The notes beneath the pieces were generated by a model. It made no database searches, was not told the DNA's origin, and saw nothing but the letters and a program-made list of their open reading frames with translations. A stretch of 37,378 bases of DNA from Candidatus Wildermuthbacteria bacterium GWA2_46_15 (lineage in GTDB: Bacteria > Patescibacteriota > Minisyncoccia > Minisyncoccales > GWA2-46-15): assembly GCA_001823105.1 (NCBI GenBank), contig MHTO01000019.1:5079-42456 (forward strand), written 5' to 3'. The translations under genes were made by a program, and so were the position numbers. Below are positions 16,971 through 26,858 of the stretch, piece by piece. The stretch's first letter is position 1, and every line of letters starts with the position of its first letter.

Positions 16971-17987
16971 ATGATCAAAAAGAAGGCCGAAAAAAAAGAA
17001 GAGAAAACAGAAGTCAGAAAAGACCTACTGGAAGCGGTGGCCGAGATCAGACAGAGATTTGGCGAGGGCGCCATTATGAAATTAAAAGACGTGAGGGCGG
17101 TTGATGTTGACGTCATCCCCACCGGCTCGCCTTCTTTGGATTTGGCTCTGGGCGTGGGCGGCGTTCCCCGCGGCCGGGTCGTGGAAATATTCGGCCCCGA
17201 AAGTTCGGGAAAAACAACCTTGGCGCTGCATATTTGCGCCGAAGCCCAGAAGACGGGCGGGGTGGCCGCTTTTATCGATGTCGAGCACGCTTTGGATCCG
17301 GACTACGCCAGAAAAATCGGGGTGGCGGTGGAAGATATTCTCATTTCTCAGCCCGATTCCGCGGAAGAGGCCTTACAGATCGTGGAAACCTTGGTTCGAT
17401 CGAACCAGGTTGACGTCATTGTCGTCGATTCCGTGGCCGCCTTGGCGCCCAAGAATGCCATTGAATCAGAGATGGGGGAGTTTCAGATCGGTCTTCAGGC
17501 CCGGCTCATGTCTTCGGCTCTGCAAAAGCTTTCGGGTGCCATCTCTAAGAGCAAGGCAACCGTCATTTTTCTTAATCAAATCCGCATGAAGATCGGCATC
17601 ATGTTTGGTAATCCGGAAACTACTTCCGGCGGTCTGGCTCTTAAATTTTATTCTTCGGTTCGGATTGATTTAAGGCGGATTGCCCAGATCAAGCACGGGG
17701 AAAGCATTATTGGTTCCCGGATCCGGGCCAAAATCGTCAAGAACAAAGTGGCCGCTCCCTTCCGCATCGCCGAATTCGACATCTATTACAACGAAGGCAT
17801 TTCTTATCTCACCGATCTTTTGGCTTTGGGGATAAAGCAGGAAGTGATTAAGAAATCCGGCAGCTGGCTGGACTTTGAAGAAACGAGACTGGGCCAGGGA
17901 ATTGAAGCGGCCAAGAAATATCTCAAGGAGAATCCAAAGGTGGCCGAAGAAATAAAAAAAGTGGTTTTTACTCAGGTTCAAGCTTAA
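16971..17987 (+). CDS. recA: Recombinase RecA
   Basis: 338 aa with GPESSGKTT (Walker A), [18 protein letters not shown] and [10 protein letters not shown], plus a Lys/Glu-rich N-terminal extension. Confidence 0.97.
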   Translation: MIKKKAEKKEEKTEVRKDLLEAVAEIRQRFGEGAIMKLKDVRAVDVDVIPTGSPSLDLALGVGGVPRGRVVEIFGPESSGKTTLALHICAEAQKTGGVAAFIDVEHALDPDYARKIGVAVEDILISQPDSAEEALQIVETLVRSNQVDVIVVDSVAALAPKNAIESEMGEFQIGLQARLMSSALQKLSGAISKSKATVIFLNQIRMKIGIMFGNPETTSGGLALKFYSSVRIDLRRIAQIKHGESIIGSRIRAKIVKNKVAAPFRIAEFDIYYNEGISYLTDLLALGIKQEVIKKSGSWLDFEETRLGQGIEAAKKYLKENPKVAEEIKKVVFTQVQA

Positions 17988-17988
17988 A

Positions 17989-18090
17989 ACTCAAAGCGCA
18001 AAGCGTAAAATTACAGCGTAAAACGTAAAGCTATCCAAAAATTTTACATTTTTCGCTGTCATTTTACATTTTTCGCTTTACGCTTTTAGC
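17989..18090. repeat. Long imperfect hairpin of heptamer-phased A-arm and T-arm between convergent recA and rpsR (candidate bidirectional terminator)
   Basis: A-arm ACTCAAAGCGCAAAGCGTAAAATTACAGCGTAAAACGTAAAGC, loop about 18031-18040. The T-arm contains a 17-nt tandem duplication ATTTTACATTTTTCGCT (18041-18057 and 18061-18077). About 22/26 positions pair in the inner stem. Confidence 0.7.
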
Positions 18091-18097
18091 TGATTCA

Positions 18098-19156
<1,059 letters not shown>

Positions 19157-19162
19157 GGGGAA

Positions 19163-19191
19163 AGTATATCATCTCAAAAATCCGCTGTAAA
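19163..19191 (-). promoter_or_regulatory. Promoter TTTACA-17-TGaTATACT for rpsF-ssb-rpsR
   Basis: On the minus strand: TTTACA (19191-19186), 17-nt spacer, extended -10 TG, then TATACT (19168-19163). Confidence 0.65.
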
Positions 19192-19224
19192 GACCCGACC
19201 TTAAAATTCCCCAAGGTCGGGTCT
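19191..19224. repeat. Hairpin AGACCCGACC-N14-GGTCGGGTCT in the divergent rpsF/PMM control region
   Basis: Perfect 10-bp arms with a 14-nt loop. The left arm abuts or overlaps the rpsF -35, and the right arm ends 6 nt before the PMM extended -10. Confidence 0.75.
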
Positions 19225-19230
19225 TGAATA

Positions 19231-19239
19231 TGGTATAAT
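19231..19239 (+). promoter_or_regulatory. Extended -10 element TGgTATAAT upstream of the PMM/PGM gene
   Basis: TG at 19231-19232 and TATAAT at 19234-19239. The ATG is at 19246 (very short or absent leader). No good -35 was seen. Confidence 0.5.
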
Positions 19240-19245
19240 CTAAGT

Positions 19246-20634
19246 ATGATCATTAATCCGTCGATTTTCCGGGCCTACGACATCCGGGGCATCTATCCCA
19301 AAGACCTCACCGCCAAGGGGGTCTTGGCCATTGCCCGGGCTTTTCTGGTTCTCTACCCCGGCTTAAAGAAGGTCGTCGTCAGCCACGACACGAGACAGAG
19401 TTCACCCCGCTTGGCCAAAGCCATTGCCAAGGGCTTGAAAGAGGCGGGCCGGGAGGTTATCTTTCTTGGCATCGCTCCCGATCCTCTGTTCTACTTTGCC
19501 ATTCTCAACCTTGGCTTTGACGGGGGCATCATGGTTTCCGGCTCCCACAACCCGCCCGAGTACAACGGCCTGATGCTGCACGTTAGAAATAAGGGAGATC
19601 TGATCGGCCGCGATCTGGAGAAAATCCGGCAGATTGCTTTACAAGACAGGAAACCAACTAAGACGGGGGAGGGCAAGATCACCCTGCTCGATCCGACTTC
19701 AGACTATATCGATTATGTCACCCAAAGGATCAAGCTGAAAAAGCCCTTAAAGATCGTGGTGGACTCGGGCAACGGGGCCATGGGCTATCTGCCGGCCAAG
19801 GTTTTCCAGCGGCTGGGCTGTCAGGTTTTCACTCTTTACGGGGAGTTCGACGGTTCTTTCCCGTACCATTTGCCCGATCCCTACGAAAGGAAGAATCGGC
19901 TGGCCGCCAAGCGGGAGGTTTTGAAAAAGAAGTTTGACCTGGGTTTTGTCTTTGACGGGGACGGCGACCGGGTGGCGGCCATTGATAACCAAGGGCGATC
20001 GGTCGGCGGCGACTTTTGTTTCCTGATGCTGGCCCGTCAGGCTTTGCAAAAGAAAAAAGGATCAATCGTGCACGACATGAGGGTTTCCCAGGCTTTTTTA
20101 GACGAGATGAAAGAAAGAAAGGTTAAAACCTACTTTTGCGTTTCCCACCACACGGCCATCATCGAAAAGATCAAGAAGGTCAAGGCTATTTTTGGCGGAG
20201 AAGTGACCCTGCACTTTCTTTTTCCCCAGGACTATTACCTCTGCGACGAGGCCCTCTTCGCTTCTTTGAAGCTGGCCGAGATCGCCTCCAGCCAGAAAGA
20301 CTTTGCCGCCTACATCGACACCCTGCCTCGCTGCCAATCCAGCCCCGAGGTCTTCATTCCTTGTCCGGACCGGGAGAAGTTTAAGATCATAAGAAACCTC
20401 CAGAACTATTTAAGGGAAAATCATTACAAGTTCATTGACATTGACGGCGCGAGGATCTCTTTTCCGCACGGTTGGGCCTTGGCCAGAGCCGCCAATACCA
20501 GTCCTTATGTCAAATGCCGGTTTGAGGGCGACACCCCGGAGCACTTAATCGAGGTCGAAAAAGAGGCGCTGGAGATCTTTAAGAAAGTCGGCCTTCCGGT
20601 AACAAAAAAGACCCTGAAAGAGCTAGGTCTTTGA
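19246..20634 (+). CDS. Phosphomannomutase/phosphoglucomutase (alpha-D-phosphohexomutase family)
   Basis: 462 aa with the active-site loop SGSHNPPEYNG, metal site FDGDGDR, and sugar-binding region GGEVTLH-like. Confidence 0.88.
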   Translation: MIINPSIFRAYDIRGIYPKDLTAKGVLAIARAFLVLYPGLKKVVVSHDTRQSSPRLAKAIAKGLKEAGREVIFLGIAPDPLFYFAILNLGFDGGIMVSGSHNPPEYNGLMLHVRNKGDLIGRDLEKIRQIALQDRKPTKTGEGKITLLDPTSDYIDYVTQRIKLKKPLKIVVDSGNGAMGYLPAKVFQRLGCQVFTLYGEFDGSFPYHLPDPYERKNRLAAKREVLKKKFDLGFVFDGDGDRVAAIDNQGRSVGGDFCFLMLARQALQKKKGSIVHDMRVSQAFLDEMKERKVKTYFCVSHHTAIIEKIKKVKAIFGGEVTLHFLFPQDYYLCDEALFASLKLAEIASSQKDFAAYIDTLPRCQSSPEVFIPCPDREKFKIIRNLQNYLRENHYKFIDIDGARISFPHGWALARAANTSPYVKCRFEGDTPEHLIEVEKEALEIFKKVGLPVTKKTLKELGL

Positions 20635-20644
20635 CAAGAACCAA

Positions 20645-21619
20645 TTATACTAGGCCGGTTTTTTTACGGACTTCTTCCATGGTTGATTGGGCGATGGAGC
20701 GGGCTTTTTTGGCGCCCTGGCTTAAAATTTCTCTGACATAAACCTCTCTTGAAAGCAGTTCCTTTCTCTTTTTCCTCAAGGGTTCCAGGGCTTCAATGAT
20801 AACCTGGGCCAAGGATTTCTTAAAATCAGCATAGCCCTTATTTCGGAATTTTTTTTCAATTTTAGGAATGGCCAATCCGGAAAACTGGCTGTAAACGGTT
20901 AAAAGGTTGGCAATACCCGGTTTTTTGATTGGGTCAAACTTTATCTCTCGACCAAGGTCGGTGACGGCCGCCATAATTTTCTTTTCTATTATTTCCGGTT
21001 CGTCAAAGAGATAAAGGCAGCTCGGGGGTACGGATTTGGACATTTTCTTTTTCGGATCGGTCAGAGACAAAATCTTGGCTCCGGTTTTGGGTAAACTGAC
21101 CCGGGGCTCAACAAAGGTTGGGCCGAATCGATGATTAAAGGCTCGGGCAATGGTGCGGGCCAGCTCAACGTGCTGTTGCTGGTCCTGGCCCACCGGCACC
21201 ACCTCGGTCTGGTAAAGCAGGATGTCGGCGGCCATGAGGATGGGGTAGTTGAGGAGGCCGGCGTTGAGGTCTTTCTGGAATTGTCGGGATTTTTCTTTGT
21301 ACTGGGTCATTCTTAACAAGTCGCCCACCGGCGTGACCGTGTTTAAGATCCAGGCCAGCTCGGTGTGTTCGGTTACCTGAGACTGGACAAAAAGAATGGA
21401 TTTTTCCGGATCAATGCCCGAGGCCAGGTAACAGACGGCGGCGTCCAAGACGTTTTTCGGCAAAGTTCGAGGGTCATAGGGGATGGTCATGGCGTGCAGG
21501 TCAACAATACAGAAAACGCACTCTTCTTTTTCCTGGAGTTCTAAGAATTGTTTGATGGCGCCCAGATAGTTTCCGATGTGGAGGGCACCGGTCGGCTGGA
21601 TTCCCGAAAAGATTCTCAT
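20645..21619 (-). CDS. trpS: Tryptophan--tRNA ligase
   Basis: MRIFSGIQPTGALHIGNYLG (HIGH-type motif) and KMSKS present. I prefer the ATG at 21619, since the TTG at 21637 in the ORF track would overlap the rnj stop. Confidence 0.93.
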   Translation of the reverse strand: MRIFSGIQPTGALHIGNYLGAIKQFLELQEKEECVFCIVDLHAMTIPYDPRTLPKNVLDAAVCYLASGIDPEKSILFVQSQVTEHTELAWILNTVTPVGDLLRMTQYKEKSRQFQKDLNAGLLNYPILMAADILLYQTEVVPVGQDQQQHVELARTIARAFNHRFGPTFVEPRVSLPKTGAKILSLTDPKKKMSKSVPPSCLYLFDEPEIIEKKIMAAVTDLGREIKFDPIKKPGIANLLTVYSQFSGLAIPKIEKKFRNKGYADFKKSLAQVIIEALEPLRKKRKELLSREVYVREILSQGAKKARSIAQSTMEEVRKKTGLV

Positions 21620-21626
21620 GTTTTTA

Positions 21627-23318
21627 TCATACCTCAATCACTACGGGCAGCACCATTGGCCGTCTCTGGGTTTGTTGATACAAAAATTCACCGACCTTAT
21701 CTCTAATTTCTTCTTTGACATAGGTCCAGTTGACGGCGCCGCCGGAGCCGGCGGCCCGGTCGACAATACTCACCACTTTCTTTCTGGTTTGGCGGAGCAG
21801 TTCTTTGGATTCTCTCAGATAAACAAAGCCTCGGGAGATGATATCCGGAGAGCCGTGGACCTTGCCGGTCTGGCGGTCGATGGTGGTGATGATGACGAAC
21901 ATGCCGTCTTTGGCTAAAGTTTGCCTATCCCTTAAAACGACTTCGCCGATGTCGCCGATGCCCAAGCCGTCAACAAAAACGTAGCCGGTATCAATTTTTT
22001 TATTCAAAACCTCGGCCGTTTTGTTGTGAAATTCGATGATGGAACCGTTATCTAAAACAAAAATGTTTTTTTCTGGGTAATTGATGCCGGCCGCCAGCTT
22101 GGCCGCCTCTTTTAGGATGTAATGATTGGCATAGACGGGGAGGAAGAAGTCCGGCTGAATCTGTTTGATCATCTTTTTAATGCTGTCGGCGTTGGAGTGG
22201 CCGCTGATGTGGACGTCCATAATGTCGCTGTGAACAACATTATCGCATTTTCTGTAAAGGCCGTCTTTTAGCCGCTGGATAGTTCTTTCGTTGCCCGGGA
22301 TGACCGAAGAAGAAAAAACGATAGTGTCATTTTTCCTGATTTTGACGAATTTGTGGTTGTCGCTGACGATCCGCGACAAAACGGCGTTGCCTTCGCCTTG
22401 AGCGCCGGTGCAGATAATAATGACTTTTTCCTCCGGATATTTATTGATGCTGTTGATGGGGATAATGGTGCCGCCGCCAACTTTTATATAGCCCAGCTCT
22501 TTGGCAATTTCGACGTTCATTTTCATGCTGTACCCGTCCAGGGCGACTTTTTTACCGATCCGTTTGGCGTATTCCAAAAGATAATTGATTCTTTTTATTT
22601 GGGAAGCAAAAGTGCCGATAATGATTTTACCCTTAGCCTGGCTGATTAGTTTTTCCAGGTTGGCGTACATTTCTTTTTCCGAAATAATTTTCGGAGAGGT
22701 GTTGATCGCTCCCAAACTTTCCAGCATCAGGATTTTTGGTTTGGGCAGTTTGGCCAAATGATGATAAGTCAGCGGCTCGCCGTTAACGGGATTTTTTTCC
22801 ATTGTCCAGTCGCCCGGATGGATGATCGTTCCCGGCGGCGTGTTGATGATGACGCCGATCGCGTCCATGATCGAATGTTCAATTTCGAAAAAACCGATTC
22901 TGAATTTCCCAAAATTAAACCGGTCGTTGACGGAATTTATCCTAATGACGTTTAATCTCTTGGCCGAATTTTTTTCAAAATCTTCCATTCGTTTTTTTAT
23001 CATGGCGATGGTCAAATCGCGCCCCACGACCGGGGGATAGCCGAGTTTTGGCAAGAGCAAGGGAGCGGCGCCGATATGATCGAGATGGCCGTGGCTGAAA
23101 ATGACGGCGCGGATATTTTTTTCCTTGCCCTTAAGATAACTGACGCTGGGAATAATATAGTCAATGCCCAGCATGTCTTCTTCCGGGAATTGAATGCCCA
23201 TATCCAAAATGACGATGTCTTTTTCATATTCAAACACGGTCATATTGCGGCCGACCTCTTCCTGCCCGCCCAAGGGGATTATTCTGAGCGGGCTTTCTTT
23301 TTGGTGATATTTTTCCAT
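21627..23318 (-). CDS. rnj: Ribonuclease J (metallo-beta-lactamase/beta-CASP)
   Basis: 563 aa with the HGHLDHIG motif, a beta-CASP region, and a C-terminal domain. N-terminus LRIIPLGGQEEVGRNMTVFEY. Confidence 0.92.
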   Translation of the reverse strand: MEKYHQKESPLRIIPLGGQEEVGRNMTVFEYEKDIVILDMGIQFPEEDMLGIDYIIPSVSYLKGKEKNIRAVIFSHGHLDHIGAAPLLLPKLGYPPVVGRDLTIAMIKKRMEDFEKNSAKRLNVIRINSVNDRFNFGKFRIGFFEIEHSIMDAIGVIINTPPGTIIHPGDWTMEKNPVNGEPLTYHHLAKLPKPKILMLESLGAINTSPKIISEKEMYANLEKLISQAKGKIIIGTFASQIKRINYLLEYAKRIGKKVALDGYSMKMNVEIAKELGYIKVGGGTIIPINSINKYPEEKVIIICTGAQGEGNAVLSRIVSDNHKFVKIRKNDTIVFSSSVIPGNERTIQRLKDGLYRKCDNVVHSDIMDVHISGHSNADSIKKMIKQIQPDFFLPVYANHYILKEAAKLAAGINYPEKNIFVLDNGSIIEFHNKTAEVLNKKIDTGYVFVDGLGIGDIGEVVLRDRQTLAKDGMFVIITTIDRQTGKVHGSPDIISRGFVYLRESKELLRQTRKKVVSIVDRAAGSGGAVNWTYVKEEIRDKVGEFLYQQTQRRPMVLPVVIEV

Positions 23319-23347
23319 ATAATTTTACTAGATTAGATTCTAGCTTC

Positions 23348-24145
23348 TTGTGCTCGGCGTTGCCTAGCACAAAATTTAACTAACTAATCTTCGAGAGTTA
23401 GATTATTAATTGAATTAAACTTTCTTTCCAATAAACTAGCCCGAACTAGCTTTTGGTAATCTTTACTGCTGGAGAAAATTTCTCCGAGAATATCTTTATC
23501 AATAATAATTGACTTTCTTTTGCCGAGGTATTCTTGATGGGTGCTCCAGAGGTAGCTTCTAACGAAGTCGAGAACTTTGTCCAAATTTTTGATACCCGTT
23601 TTCTTTAAATTTGGTTCCACTAGTTGGGCGGGGTTTATAACGTTGATATAAACCAGCAGCTGTTCTAGATACTCCTGACTATCGACTAAAATAGCCTTGA
23701 ATGGTCCTTCAAACAGGCTGCCGCTCCGCTCGTATTTTTTATTGAGATATTGCGCATAACCGGTGCCGAGTTTATGCATAAATTTTGAAATGCCCCCATC
23801 GTTGATTTCTTTAATCAGTAAATGATAATGATTCGGCATCAGGCAGTCAGCCATAATCCGGACCAGCGGCTGCCGATTTTTTTGGTCATTTTTCAGAAAG
23901 TCTTGTATGGTTTTAAAAGTAGCTTTTCCCTTAGCTCTTTCAACTTGCCAGAGAATATTTGTTGAAGCTTCGACGTCGTTGAATAAAAATAATCCCTGGA
24001 GAAAACGCCATCTATCGTTATCGTTTCGGAAGATATTGCGTTTTTCAACTCCACGATTGTAAATATGATAAATATGATCTTTCGCGAATTGGATTTTTCT
24101 TACGCTCATAAGTATAAGATTCGTGTTAGGCGTTGCCTAGCACAA
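23348..24145 (-). mobile_element. IS200-like unit: second Y1/HUH transposase gene flanked by direct copies of an imperfect 25-nt palindrome
   Basis: TTGTGCTCGGCGTTGCCTAGCACAA (23348-23372) and TCGTGTTAGGCGTTGCCTAGCACAA (24121-24145) are 22/25 identical and in the same orientation. Each forms a 9-bp stem with a GTT loop and one mismatch. Confidence 0.6.
23384..24109 (-). CDS. IS200-like Y1 (HUH) transposase / REP-associated tyrosine transposase-like protein
   Basis: 241 aa with IYHIYNRG, an HUH motif in MPNHYHLLI, and a Tyr motif in LLVYINVINP. It is a full-length homologue of ORF 16187-16927. Confidence 0.75.
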   Translation of the reverse strand: MSVRKIQFAKDHIYHIYNRGVEKRNIFRNDNDRWRFLQGLFLFNDVEASTNILWQVERAKGKATFKTIQDFLKNDQKNRQPLVRIMADCLMPNHYHLLIKEINDGGISKFMHKLGTGYAQYLNKKYERSGSLFEGPFKAILVDSQEYLEQLLVYINVINPAQLVEPNLKKTGIKNLDKVLDFVRSYLWSTHQEYLGKRKSIIIDKDILGEIFSSSKDYQKLVRASLLERKFNSINNLTLED

Positions 24146-24166
24146 CTAGAACAATTATCAATGATG

Positions 24167-24249
24167 TGCCGGGAGCGGGAGTCGAACCCGCATGGAGTTG
24201 CCTCCGCTAGGCCCTGAACCTAGTGCGTCTGCCATTTCGCCACCCCGGC
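24167..24249 (-). tRNA. tRNA-Leu (anticodon CAG), class II with long variable arm
   Basis: The reverse complement folds as a cloverleaf: acceptor GCCGGGG/CTCCGGC-type with one G-U, anticodon stem CTAGG/CCTAG with loop TTCAGGG, variable arm CGGAGGCAACTCCAT, T-arm GCGGG-TTCGACT-CCCGC. No encoded CCA. Confidence 0.9.
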
Positions 24250-24256
24250 TATTTTT

Positions 24257-24832
24257 TTATTGACCATTAGGCCGCAGAAGAAAACTTAAATCTCTGGGCA
24301 TTTTCTTTAACGGTTTTTTCTCTTTCAATTTGGGCAGTTTCTTGTAATTCTTATCTTTTTGCCAGCCCGAAACAGTGTAGTAATAACCGAAACCGCCTAG
24401 TTTTTCGATATTACGGTAATCGCTCTCGCATCTTTTGTCCATCCAGGTAGCGATTTTCAAATCTTTTTTCATGGGGTTAATGGTGACGTGGGAATAGCCC
24501 GAAGGGGAGAGTGCGGCCTGTCCTTTTTTGGCCCGGACAAAGTAGACATCCTCGATCTGGTTACCCTCGTCTTTCTGCAAGAGGAAGATGGCTTCTCCTT
24601 TTAAGACGAGAAGGAGTTCCCGGCATTCTGGAGGATGTTCGTGGCCTTTGGTTTTGGGAAACTCGGCTCCCAGCATTTTGGGGAAGATGACGGTTTCGTC
24701 ATAGCGCAGATGGCCGCGGGACTTTAAGCCTCGCCAGACCTGATAGATGTTAAAATTGGGAGCCTTTTTGGCCCAACTCTGGTCAAAGAGAACTTTCCTT
24801 AAGTCATTAACAGATCGTTTCATGGTTTCCAC
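24257..24832 (-). CDS. Cupin-type glucose-6-phosphate isomerase (archaeal cPGI-like)
   Basis: 191 aa. TKGHEHPP...ELLLVLKGEAIFLLQ...SPSGYSHVTIN matches the TKGHFH / LLQ / PPxxAHRTxN pattern of cupin PGIs as I recall them. Confidence 0.65.
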   Translation of the reverse strand: METMKRSVNDLRKVLFDQSWAKKAPNFNIYQVWRGLKSRGHLRYDETVIFPKMLGAEFPKTKGHEHPPECRELLLVLKGEAIFLLQKDEGNQIEDVYFVRAKKGQAALSPSGYSHVTINPMKKDLKIATWMDKRCESDYRNIEKLGGFGYYYTVSGWQKDKNYKKLPKLKEKKPLKKMPRDLSFLLRPNGQ

Positions 24833-26856
24833 ACTCTTTTAGTCGCAAGATACCAATTTTGGATGTCCTCAAATCTCTGGCTGGGGTCGGCAATCAGGCC
24901 CGCCTTGATGCCCCTGATCTCGGGGCTGGTCAGATAAACAAAGTCGGGGCGATAGAGGAAGACCGCCGGCGCATCGGCCAAAAGAATCTCCTGGAATTTC
25001 TCCAGCTTTTCTTTTCTGACACCTTCATCATTGGTTTGTCGGGCTTCTTCTAAAAATTTATCCGCCTCTTTGTTCTCATAGAGAGCCAAATTGAGCCCGG
25101 GATCCTTTTTCTGAAGCGAATGCCAGAAAGGAAAGAGATCCGGTATTTGGCCCAGGACTTCGCCGAAGAGAAGGGCGTCATATTCCCGGGGTTTGAGAAA
25201 ATCCGAATTTAATTGGGAAAAGCTGAAAGACCTAATTTCCACTTTGGCGCCAATCTCGGCCCACTGTTTTTTCAAGATTTCCGCGGTCTTCAAAAGAACG
25301 GGATCATCCACCGTGACCAAAGAGAATTTCAAGGCCAGAGTTTGCTGGTTCGGGCCAAAGCAGATTTTGTTCAGTTTCTGGCGCGTTAAGGGTCCGGTTT
25401 CGCCGTTGCCGCTGATTAGTCCGGCCGGGGTCAAGATATCCGCGCGGTACTTTTCCTGGAATTTAATGACGGCTTCGCGCGTTTTAGGGCCAAAGACGCC
25501 GGTGATTTCGCCCTCCGGATAGATTCCAGGGTCCCGGGCCAGACACTTTTGCAATTCCTTGACTTCGGCTCCCTGGGAGCTTTTGGAAAGCGTGTTTTTG
25601 AATTCAAAGCTCAATTTTTTCTCAACCGTCTTTTCCCAGACATTAGTTTGAGGATTAAGCTTGAAACCCACTTTTTTCAGAAGATCCCTGGCTTTATTGG
25701 GGCTGAAGCGGTAAGTGATTTGGGGTTCCTCAAAGCCGAAAAGATCCGGCAGGATCGGCGAATCCACCGCCACCCCGCTGTTCCCGAGAACCTGGTCAAT
25801 GATTTCCTTTTTGTTAACGGCGTAGTTGAGGGCCAGCCGGACATTCTTTTCCGCTAAGACCAAAGCATTCTTCTGGTTGAAGAAAACGGCGAAATAGCGG
25901 GGCAGATCAAAATGATGAATGACGAAGTCGCGGTTTTCAAAGAGGAGTTGTTTTTCCGGGGCAGAAAGGACAAGGGCCTGAATTTCCCGATTTTGCGCCG
26001 CCTCAATTAAGTCTTTTTCCTGTTCAAAAAAGGCAAAGGTGATTTCCTTGATTTTAGGGAGCTCGGCGTGATAACGGGGGTTAATCTCGAGGGTTAATGA
26101 TTTGATCCGGCCCGACTGGTCTTTTTCCTGAATGATTCTCGCCACTCGATAGGGGCCGGAGCCGACGGGTTTTAAGTTGAAAATGGCCAGAGGGAAGTTT
26201 TCGGCCGTGATCTCTTCCCACGTCTTTTTGGGAATGATCTTTAAGGTCAGGCTTTCCAGGAAGCCGGGATAGACATTCTTTAATTTGAAACGGACGGTGA
26301 GATCGGAGACTCTTTCGGTCTCAATGCCGAGCCAGCTGGGCCTTAAAGGACTTTTATAATCGGGGTTTTGAATGGTCTTAATGGTGAAAATGACATCATC
26401 GCTGGTCAGAGGAGAACCGTCTTGAAAGACGAGATTTTCTTTTAAATTAATTTCCCAGGTCTGGCCGTCTTGGCTGACCTGGTAACCTTTGGCCAGGTCC
26501 GGCTGGATTTGGCCGTCGACGGAATATTTCATCAGGCCCGAAAAGATCAATTCCGTCAAATCGCGGTCGATGTCATTGGCCGGAGCAAAAATGGGGTTGA
26601 TGAATCGGGGCTGACCGATCATACCCTCGGTGAATTCTCCTCCGGCGGCAGCGCGGACCTCGGTATGCTTAAAATAGAAGTTAACGGTCAAAAAGGCAGA
26701 AGAAACCAAACCCAAAACAAGAAAGATGAAAAAAGCCTTTTTCTCTCTGCGGCCGAGAATTTTAAAAAACTTCCGGTACTGGCCTTGTTCGGGCAAAGTT
26801 TTGAGTTTTTCGATAAGATCCCTTAATCCCAGTCGGGAGGGAAGGAAAGAAAACAT
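24820..26856 (-). CDS. Extracellular solute-binding protein, family 5 (peptide/nickel type), N-terminally anchored, with an embedded peptidoglycan-binding domain
   Basis: 678 aa with an N-terminal TM helix and SBP_bac_5-like core (IGQPRFINPIFA, GSGPYRV, LNYAVNK). aa ~425-500 look like PG_binding_1 (GAEVKELQKCL...GVFGPKTREAVIKFQ). Confidence 0.75.
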   Translation of the reverse strand: MFSFLPSRLGLRDLIEKLKTLPEQGQYRKFFKILGRREKKAFFIFLVLGLVSSAFLTVNFYFKHTEVRAAAGGEFTEGMIGQPRFINPIFAPANDIDRDLTELIFSGLMKYSVDGQIQPDLAKGYQVSQDGQTWEINLKENLVFQDGSPLTSDDVIFTIKTIQNPDYKSPLRPSWLGIETERVSDLTVRFKLKNVYPGFLESLTLKIIPKKTWEEITAENFPLAIFNLKPVGSGPYRVARIIQEKDQSGRIKSLTLEINPRYHAELPKIKEITFAFFEQEKDLIEAAQNREIQALVLSAPEKQLLFENRDFVIHHFDLPRYFAVFFNQKNALVLAEKNVRLALNYAVNKKEIIDQVLGNSGVAVDSPILPDLFGFEEPQITYRFSPNKARDLLKKVGFKLNPQTNVWEKTVEKKLSFEFKNTLSKSSQGAEVKELQKCLARDPGIYPEGEITGVFGPKTREAVIKFQEKYRADILTPAGLISGNGETGPLTRQKLNKICFGPNQQTLALKFSLVTVDDPVLLKTAEILKKQWAEIGAKVEIRSFSFSQLNSDFLKPREYDALLFGEVLGQIPDLFPFWHSLQKKDPGLNLALYENKEADKFLEEARQTNDEGVRKEKLEKFQEILLADAPAVFLYRPDFVYLTSPEIRGIKAGLIADPSQRFEDIQNWYLATKRVWKP

Positions 26857-26858
26857 TT

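Noticed and set aside
21620-21637. The TTG start at 21637 for trpS, overlapping the rnj stop by 11 nt.
   Set aside because: The ATG at 21619 gives the canonical TrpRS N-terminus MRIFSGIQPTG, lies downstream of a GAGG, and avoids the overlap. The longer form cannot be excluded but is less likely.
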